In this document: positions 24,364 to 32,000 of the stretch, in pieces | How positions within the stretch are numbered: the stretch's first letter is position 1 | Layout of the letters: every line of letters begins with the position of its first letter | Sequence record: LT986467.1 | Reading direction: 5' to 3' (one strand) | Length of the DNA: 32,000 bases | Made by a program: the position numbers and the translations under genes | Notes under the pieces: generated by a model | Seen by the model: only the letters and a program-made list of their open reading frames with translations | What the model was told of the DNA's origin: nothing | Database searches by the model: none

Positions 24364-24436
24364 TACTCTCTCCATGATTTGAACATGGAATATTAATATT
24401 AGAAGTATTATGCTTTAACCATTAAGCTAAGAGAGC
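24364..24436 (-). tRNA. trnR1: tRNA-Arg (UCU)
   Basis: GCTCTCTTAGCTTAATGGTTAAAGCATAATACTTCTAATATTAATATTCCATGTTCAAATCATGGAGAGAGTA. Confidence 0.92.
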
Positions 24437-24542
24437 TATTTAATTAATAATATAAATTTATATCTATTTTATTAAAAAAAAAAAATAATATAAATAAAAT
24501 ATAATTATATATATTATTATTATTTTAAGATAATTTATATTA

Positions 24543-24614
24543 TGAGAATAGCTGGAGTTGAACCAAGCATGGGTTGCTTAAAAGACAACTGTTTTACCAT
24601 TAAACAATATTCTC
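24543..24614 (-). tRNA. trnK: tRNA-Lys (UUU)
   Basis: GAGAATATTGTTTAATGGTAAAACAGTTGTCTTTTAAGCAACCCATGCTTGGTTCAACTCCAGCTATTCTCA. Confidence 0.93.
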
Positions 24615-24862
24615 TTATTATTATATATTATTATAAATATATAATTATAAATAAAAATTAAATATTTAAAAATATTAATAAAAATAAAAATATATCATTA
24701 ACTTTTTATAATTTAATATATTTAATAATACTTATTTAAATATTTATATTAAAAATTAGGACTATTATAACTTTTAAATTTTATTTATTATATTAATTAT
24801 AAATACAATTATAACAATAATAAAATATTTATCATTAATATATTACTCATAGAAACCAATAT

Positions 24863-24931
24863 CAATACCAATACCAATACCAATACCAATCCGGTTATTC
24901 ACCGGATTGGTATTGGCCCTAATCCATGGGG
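24863..24931. repeat. (CAATAC)n microsatellite running into a perfect 16-bp hairpin (GC cluster, hairpin family 2)
   Basis: CAATAC x4, then CCAATACCAATCCGGT-TATTC-ACCGGATTGGTATTGG, then CCCTAATCCATGGGG. Confidence 0.88.
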
Positions 24932-25522
24932 ATTAATATTTTTATTATAATAAAACATTTATATATATATATATATTATTATAGAATTATAATTATATTT
25001 TTGAATATTAATTATTAAATCATTTGTAATTTATTTATATCTATTTTTATAATAATTAATATGAATTAATTATTATTTAAATTAATAATAATTATATATA
25101 ACTTTCATATATATATATATATTATAAATAATATATATATATTTATTTTTTTATATAATATAATATAATAAACATTTTTATATATATATATATACTTTAT
25201 TAAAGTATAAATATCTAATAAATTATTATTATTATTAATATATTATTTTTATATAAATTTATAGAGGAAGATGTTATCATTGGATTCCGACCCAAGTACC
25301 GAAATGCCTTTATTATTATTGTTATTATTATTATAATTATTAATATAATTATTATAATTATCATTATTATTATAATTATCATTATTATTAGAATTATCAT
25401 TATTATTAGAATTATTATTAGAATTATTATTATTATTATTATTATTAAAAGGAGTTATCAATAAATATAAAAATAGAATTATATATTATATATAAATAAT
25501 ATATATTATAATTATTATAATA

Positions 25523-25595
25523 TTGAATCGGTTTGATTCGAACAAACAAACTCCAAACTCAAATTTTGGTAACTTACCTATTAGTCTACGACTCA
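25523..25595 (-). tRNA. trnQ: tRNA-Gln (UUG)
   Basis: TGAGTCGTAGACTAATAGGTAAGTTACCAAAATTTGAGTTTGGAGTTTGTTTGTTCGAATCAAACCGATTCAA. Confidence 0.9.
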
Positions 25596-25622
25596 TTTAT
25601 ATATATATTTATATATATTTAT

Positions 25623-25704
25623 TGCTATTTAAAGGACTTGAACCTTCATACTATAAAGTAATACATCTTAAGAGTATCGTGTCTACCAATTCCACCAAAA
25701 TAGC
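25623..25704 (-). tRNA. trnL: tRNA-Leu (UAA), long variable arm
   Basis: GCTATTTTGGTGGAATTGGTAGACACGATACTCTTAAGATGTATTACTTTATAGTATGAAGGTTCAAGTCCTTTAAATAGCA. Confidence 0.93.
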
Positions 25705-26349
25705 TATTAAATATTATTATTAAAAAATAATTAAATAAAATTAAATAAAATAATTTAGAATATATATAATATTTTTTATAATATAAGATTATAATTGACT
25801 ATTATAATATAATTTCATAACTATTAATATAATATATAAATATAAATAAAAAGAAATATGATATATATATATTATTTATTATATCTATTATTATTATATA
25901 AACTATCTAACCATAATTATAATTAGGACGTTATTAATTCAGTACAATTGTGTTATTCATTCATCAGATAATATTAATATTATAAAATTAAATAATTAAT
26001 CATAAAAAAGTTTCATTTATCTTAAAATTAAAACATCATTAGTTAACATCTTATATTTATTAAATTATTTACTTAAAGTTAATATTTTTTAGAATTATTT
26101 TAAATTTATAATTAAATATTTATAAAAGATTTATAAAAAAAAAAAATAATAAAAAATAAAGAATTTATCCTTAATGAAATAAATTAAATTTAATATATAT
26201 TTATCTTTTCAATAAAAATTAAATTTAATAAAATAATTTTATAAGAATCTTAATTAAAATTATTAGTGAATACCTATACTTATATATATATGAATCCTAA
26301 ATGGATAAATTAATATTAATAATATAATAAAATATAATTGTTATATTAT

Positions 26350-26358
26350 TACTTATAT
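26350..26358 (-). promoter_or_regulatory. Candidate promoter ATATAAGTA upstream of the tRNA-Leu/Gln/Lys/Arg/Gly block
   Basis: An exact match (plus-strand tacttatat), about 646 nt upstream of the tRNA-Leu 5' end. No other gene lies in between. Confidence 0.4.
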
Positions 26359-26578
26359 ACATATTATTATAATATATATATATACTAAATTTATATAATA
26401 TTTACATAACATATTTATATTATATTTATACTTTATTATAATATTTTAATATATTTTTTATATATATATATTTAATTATAAATATAAAATGTTTATTATT
26501 TTTTTTTAAGGAATATTTAATAATTTTTATTATTATTATAATATAATATAAACTAAACTAAATTAAAATTAAATAAAT

Positions 26579-26747
26579 AACGAGGGGTTCGGTCACCCCT
26601 CCCTCACGGGAGGGGGTCCCTCACTCCTATCGGGGTTCCGGTTCCCGTTACCGGGCTCCGGAACTCCCTACGGGCATTCACACCTATATAAATATAGATG
26701 TTCACTCCTATTCGGGGTTTCGGCACCCGTGGCCGGGCCCCGAAACT
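26579..26747 (-). repeat. Compound GC cluster M1-M2-M3-M4 in inverted orientation
   Basis: Its reverse complement aligns over about 169 nt with 10826-10995. I counted about 6 substitutions/indels by eye. Confidence 0.9.
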
Positions 26748-27007
26748 AAATAAATTAATTAATTAATTAATTATAATAATATTTATAAAATATTTATTAT
26801 AATAATATATATATATTTATTTATTAATATTTTATATAATACATTAAAGTAGATATATTTATTTATATTTATTAAGAATTGAATACTTAATAATAGAGAC
26901 TTTATATTATAATTAAGAAATGAATAATTAAGGAATTAATATTTATATTATATATAGATATAAATAATAAGTTTCATAATAAGTGAAATATGTTATTATT
27001 TATTATA

Positions 27008-27080
27008 GGGTGAATACTGAGAATCGAACTCAGATTTAACGCACCACAAGCGTATTTTCTACCATTGAAATATATTCACC
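27008..27080 (-). tRNA. trnH: tRNA-His (GUG), with an encoded G at position -1
   Basis: GGTGAATATATTTCAATGGTAGAAAATACGCTTGTGGTGCGTTAAATCTGAGTTCGATTCTCAGTATTCACC(C). The 3' boundary is uncertain by +/-1 nt. Confidence 0.9.
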
Positions 27081-27194
27081 TTTATATATTATATTATATT
27101 ATATTATATAATTAATTAATTAATTATTATGAATATATTTATATATAATATTATATTATTATTATATTATTTATTATATTATTTATTATTATTA

Positions 27195-27267
27195 AAGAGA
27201 TGAAGAGAATCGAACTCTTAATAAGTAGATTTGCAATCTAATAGTTTAACCTTAAAACAACACCTCC
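27195..27267 (-). tRNA. trnC: tRNA-Cys (GCA)
   Basis: GGAGGTGTTGTTTTAAGGTTAAACTATTAGATTGCAAATCTACTTATTAAGAGTTCGATTCTCTTCATCTCTT. Confidence 0.9.
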
Positions 27268-27617
27268 TTTTTATTTATTATTATTTTATAAATAATATAT
27301 CTTATTTAAACTTTTTATTTATTATATTATATTATATTATATTATATTATTTTATAGATAATATATTTTTTTTTAACTTTTTACTTATTATTTTATTATA
27401 TAAATTAAAAATGAAAGAATTATTATAAATATTAAAACTATTAAATTATAATATAAATGTATAAATCACATATCCATATTTATTTATTTATTTAAAATAT
27501 TATAATAATAAAAAATAATATATTAATTAAATATATAGTAATATTAGAATATAATATTTAATTAATATATTTATAAAATTATTTTATTAAATTATTGATT
27601 ATTATTTAATAATAGTT

Positions 27618-27648
<31 letters not shown>

Positions 27649-27670
27649 TACTTTTTTTATTAATTAATAT

Positions 27671-27782
27671 AGTTCCAATTGGGGCCCGGTAACGGGAACC
27701 GGAACCCCGATAGGGGTGAGGGACCCCCTCATTCCTCATTCCTCATTCCTCCCGTGAGGGAGGGGTGACCGAACCCCTCGTT
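27671..27782 (+). repeat. GC cluster M3+M4 variant carrying (ATTCCTC)x3 inside M4
   Basis: AGTTCCAATTGGGGCCCGGTAACGGGAACCGGAACCCCGATAGG / GGTGAGGGACCCCCTC-ATTCCTC-ATTCCTC-ATTCCTC-CCGTGAGGGAGGGGTGACCGAACCCCTCGTT. Confidence 0.9.
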
Positions 27783-27839
27783 TTTAATATTTAATAAATA
27801 TTTTAATATAATTTTAAAGATAATATTTATTATTATTAT

Positions 27840-27912
27840 TGTTATATTAGGGATTTGAACCCCAAACCTTTCGATTACAAAACGAATGCTCTACCAATTA
27901 AGCTAATATAAC
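27840..27912 (-). tRNA. trnT: tRNA-Thr (UGU)
   Basis: GTTATATTAGCTTAATTGGTAGAGCATTCGTTTTGTAATCGAAAGGTTTGGGGTTCAAATCCCTAATATAACA. Confidence 0.93.
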
Positions 27913-28430
27913 TTTTTTAGGTTAAATTATTATTACTAATTATTTATATAATATAATATAATAAAATAATTAATAATTATTTATTTATTTATTTACTTAT
28001 TTAAAATTATAATATTTATAAAAATATATAATCTATAAAATATATTTATTATATATATTATTATAATATATATATATATATATACCTTTATAATATAAAT
28101 TATAATATATATATACCTATCCTTATAATATTATCATAAAAGTTAAACTATAAAATATATTTATTATTAAAAATATAATTATATATAATATTTTTTAATA
28201 TTTATAAATTATTTACTATTTTTTATATTAATAATTATTAAAAATAATAAACATTTATTATAAATATAATAATTACCATATATATCCTTAATTTATTTAT
28301 TTATTTATTTATCTATTTATATTAAATAATAATTATGAATGTTAATAATATAAGAATAATATAATTATATAATTTACATATATTTAATTTTTATTATAAT
28401 AATAACTTAATAAATTATATAAAATTATTT

Positions 28431-28518
28431 AGTTCCGGGGCCCGGTTACGGGAACCGGAACCCCGGTAGGAGTGAGGGACCCCCTCCCCGTTAGGGAGGG
28501 GTGACCGAACCCCTCGTT
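28431..28518 (+). repeat. GC cluster, modules M3+M4
   Basis: AGTTCCGGGGCCCGGTTACGGGAACCGGAACCCCGGTAGG + AGTGAGGGACCCCCTCCCCGTTAGGGAGGGGTGACCGAACCCCTCGTT. Confidence 0.9.
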
Positions 28519-29499
28519 ATTTATTTATTTATCTTTTTTATACTTTTTTTTTTTTTATAAAAAATAATATAAATATTATAATTGATTTATATATATTTAT
28601 TATTTATCCATTCCATATTTTTATTAATTACCATACTAGAAAATAATACTATTTATAATATTAATTTATAGAATATAATATCTTTATAATAAATTAAATA
28701 TATAAATTTTATCAATATTATAATTAATTAATTAATTAATTAATTATTATTTAATGATTTATAATTATAAAAAAGTATAAATATAATAAAATATTATTAT
28801 ATTATATAAAAATATTTATTAATAAGTTATAAAGTATATTAATTATGAAATGAGGTACTTTTTTTTTATAAGATGAAAACTATTATAATACGCTTTAGAT
28901 AATTTACTATTAATAAATTATAATTATTATTAATAATAATTTATGATTTATAATTAATAATTACCATTACTATATAAATATTATTTTTATTATAAAAATC
29001 CTTTTTATTATTATATAGAAAATATAAATAATATATAAAAAAGTATAAAATATCTTTTATTTATAAATATAATATATATTATTTATTTATTTATTAAGAT
29101 TATAATAATATAATAAACATTAATAATAATATTTAATAATATATATATAAAAAGTATATATAAATATAAATATCAATTCGGTTATTAATCGGATTAATTT
29201 ATAAATGTTAAAAATATAAATTAAATTAGATATTGATTATTAATTATATTAATTTAAATAAATATTAATAAAGTATAATAATTAAGATTAATAATTTATA
29301 AAATATAAAAAAATAAATATAAATTAATTATATATTTAATATATTATATATATATATATATAAAGATATATTTATAAAATTATTATATTTAATAGATATT
29401 AATATTTATTAAAATATAAATCAACTATTTTATTATTAATTAATTAATTATTTATTTATTAATTATTAAGAATTAATAGTTATTAATAGTATTTTTTTT

Positions 29500-30040
29500 T
29501 TTATAGAATAATAGATTAGATATTATATAGATAACTGATAAATTAGTATTTTATTAATATTATATATTATTATTTATTTAATATATAAATAATATATAAA
29601 ACCTATAATTATTAAATTTTAGTATAAAATTATCAGATTAATTATCTTATTAAAACAACTTCATATTTAATATGTATTCAATATTTATTTATTATCAACT
29701 TAGCTTATCTACTATGATAATTATATAAAAATATAAACTAATATAGATAATATATTAATTATTAAAAATTTTTAATATATTATTTAATTATCAATAGATA
29801 CACCATAGGTTGATTCATTATGGTCCTTGCGTACTAATAATGAGATTTAATTTGATAATATTTCCTTCAGCAGATAGGAACCATACTGATTCACATCGTA
29901 TTTAACCCAACTCACGTAACATTTTAATTGACGAACAGTCAAACCCTTCTTAGCTTTTACAACCAAGAGGAAATGTTGAGTCGACATCGAGGTGGCAAAC
30001 ATAACTTACAATATCTACTCTTTCGTTATATTACCCTGTT
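29500..30040 (-). rRNA. rnl: 21S (large subunit) rRNA, 3' exon. The mature 3' end is only approximate (about +/-50 nt).
   Basis: The minus strand reads AACAGGGTAATATAACGAAAGAGTAGATATTGTAAGTTATGTTTGCCACCTCGATGTCGACTCAACATTTCCTCTTGGTTGTAAAAGCTAAGAAGGGTTTGACTGTTCGTCAATTAAAATGTTACGTGAGTTGGGTTAAATACGATGTGAATCAGTATGGTTCCTATCTGCTGAAGG...GTACGCAAGGACC. This is universally conserved LSU domain V/VI sequence. Confidence 0.88.
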
Positions 30041-30414
30041 CAAATTTATTAATTATTTTTTAAATATTTTTACATATTTAACAATCTGTTACCAAATTGT
30101 TTAGACTATATCATTATCATAATAATATAAATATTATATATATATATATTATAATATAATATAATATAATATATTTATTAGATATTGGGTACTCATGGAT
30201 GAATTATTGTTAACTCTACTCATCATCTAGTCGTTGAACGTTCTTATAATTGTATATATATATATTATTATATATATAAAGTTATTATAAGCTTCGCTGC
30301 TTATTGTCCATATTACTTTATGGATATTTAAGCAATTCACCCAATTTAATTTAATTAAATTTAATTTAATTAAATAATTATATTTTTCAATATAATGGGA
30401 CTAATGGATAATTT
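30041..30414 (-). mobile_element. Group I intron at the omega (I-SceI) site of the 21S rRNA gene, 374 nt, with no endonuclease ORF
   Basis: The 5' exon ends ...GTTACGCTAGGGAT and the 3' exon starts AACAGGGTAAT. Together they rebuild the TAGGGATAACAGGGTAAT site. The intron ends in G (...AATAAATTTG). The junction can slide by 2 nt because of the AA repeat. No frame is longer than a few dozen codons. Confidence 0.85.
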
Positions 30415-32000
30415 ATCCCTAGCGTAACTTTTATTCGTTATCAATAACCTTTACAATCAGTGTTATTTGTTCATTATGCCATACTTACGTACTTGTTTCA
30501 CTTGTTTGTGTTACAATTATCGCACAGTTATACCATTATATTAATTTAATTCATTCTATATATTTTAGAATATTTTATTGTTTTCCTTACAATTTTACTG
30601 TACATATTTTTATCTATTATTAAAATATATTCAATAAATATTAAAATTTATATAAATATATTTAAATTTATAATTAATATATATAATATATATTATTTTT
30701 ATTCAATAATTTTATATATTTATTTATGGACTTATTCAGATACTTTTGCTGATAATGACGCCCCATCAAAACTACCAATTAGAGATTGTCTCTTATATAT
30801 ATATATATAATATATATATATTATATAATATATTACTTAAGAATTATATCTATTAAGTTATAAAATAAATCCAATATTTTTTTAATATAGATTATAATTA
30901 ATATTTTTTTTATTTATATTTATAAGATTAGAATTATCATTAAATTATAATAAGTATCTCATTAATATCTAAACGATTACCTATAAAATAGGATTACTTA
31001 ATATGCTGAATATAATAAACAATAATTCGATCTATCTAATTACAGTAAAGCTGCATAGGGTCTTTCCGTCTTGCTGAAGGTACATAGCATCTTCACTACG
31101 ATTTCAATTTCACTTAGCTTAAAGGGGAGACAGTTGTTGTATCATTACGTCATTCATGCGGGACCTCAATTATAGGCCAAGGAATTTCGCTACATTATAA
31201 CCCTCATAATAAGGCTGCTATTTACCTAAATTTAATAAAATTATCGTTAAATAATTTTATTTATATATTAAGCATGGAGCAGAGTTCACACCTTATACTT
31301 AAACTTATCGTTTCTGCAAAGTGCGGTGTTTTTAGTAAACAGTTGTACAACTTTGTTCTTATTACTCTTTATTGACTAACTTTTGAGCTATTTTTGCCGA
31401 GTTCCTTCCCTTTAATTATCTAATTCACCTTCATATTCTCTACTTACATACCTGAGTCGGTCTACATTACGGTATACATTAATATTTTCCTGATCTTTAT
31501 TAGTTTATATAAATAATATAATTTAATAATAATTTTATAAAAAAAAATTATTAATAATTTATTCTTTATATAATTATATATATATATAATAATAATTTTA
31601 ATATATATATATATATTTTAAGATAATTTTTATTTTAATATAGATTAACCCATCTAAATTATATTTTTATTCTTATAATAAATATTATTAGGGGCCGTAC
31701 TTTTATAGTTAAACCTTATGTTTTAGGTGAAAAGGTTTATACCTTTTTTTCGTTACTCATGTCAGCATTCTCTATTTAATTAATTCATATATTAATTAAT
31801 AATTAATATATATTTTCATTAAATGTTCTATTACCATATTATTATTATTATTTATTATTATAATAATAATATTTAGATATTCAGTACACATATTATTATT
31901 AATATGGTATTTCTATTTTTAGAAATTAAATAATTCTTACTTTTTTTAAGATCCGTATATTATCTATTAACAAATATATTAATATATTTGATTTTTAATA
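30415..32000 (-). rRNA. rnl: 21S rRNA, upstream exon. Partial: it continues beyond the right edge of the window.
   Basis: Conserved LSU blocks on the minus strand include GACGGAAAGACCCTATGCAGCTTTACTG (about 31046-31073) and GGTATAACTGTGCGATAATTGTAACACAAACAAGTGAAACAAGTACGTAAGTATGGCATAATGAAC (about 30470-30535). AT-rich expansion segments separate them. Confidence 0.88.

Noticed and set aside
25265-25310. A mixed-composition island with a T-arm-like TTGGGTCGGAATCCAA on the minus strand, considered as a possible tRNA pseudogene.
   Set aside because: No acceptor, D or anticodon arms can be drawn. The sequence aligns better with the eroded AGTCCGACCC...CCGAAGGAG GC-cluster module.
25215-25461. 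Two overlapping minus-strand ORFs, poly-Ile and poly-Asn (61 and 70 aa).
   Set aside because: They are translations of an imperfect (ATT/AAT)n trinucleotide tract. No start context, domain or conservation signal is evident.

Overview
This window is yeast (Saccharomyces-type) mitochondrial DNA. It is extremely AT-rich, carries interspersed GC clusters, and uses the yeast mitochondrial code (TGA=Trp, ATA=Met, CTN=Thr; the last is visible at conserved Thr positions of Cox1 and Cox2). Every gene I can support lies on the minus strand.

From left to right:
- 1-8586: the 5' two-thirds of a mosaic COX1, with five exons. It contains an aI5beta-position intron (partial), the aI5alpha intron with an intact LAGLIDADG ORF, a LAGLIDADG-encoding group I intron at CDS nt 709, an ORF-less intron at CDS nt 386, and the group II intron aI2 with an intact 854-codon RT/maturase/HNH frame. 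There is no aI1, aI3 or aI4.
- 8587-16176: a 7.6 kb AT spacer. It holds one complete ori/rep element plus five partial or decayed copies, GC clusters and microsatellites.
- 16177-17527: a decayed free-standing LAGLIDADG gene (RF1/ORF1-like).
- 17620-18375: COX2, with its 3' dodecamer and a promoter-like box.
- 19153-27912: sixteen tRNA genes in the S. cerevisiae order (M N Y I A R S D G R K Q L H C T).
- About 29500 to 32000: the 3' half of the 21S rRNA gene, interrupted at the omega site by a 374-nt intron with no endonuclease ORF.

COX2 directly neighbouring COX1 is not the S288C gene order, so this is probably another Saccharomyces lineage or species.

I see no evidence of a novel protein-coding system. 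The notable content is mobile-element and repeat dynamics: the ori-unit array with a compensatory hairpin change, modular and inverted GC clusters, HEG-less introns, a decaying homing endonuclease gene, and a GC-rich codon patch at the COX2 3' end. All comparisons to S288C come from memory, not from a search.
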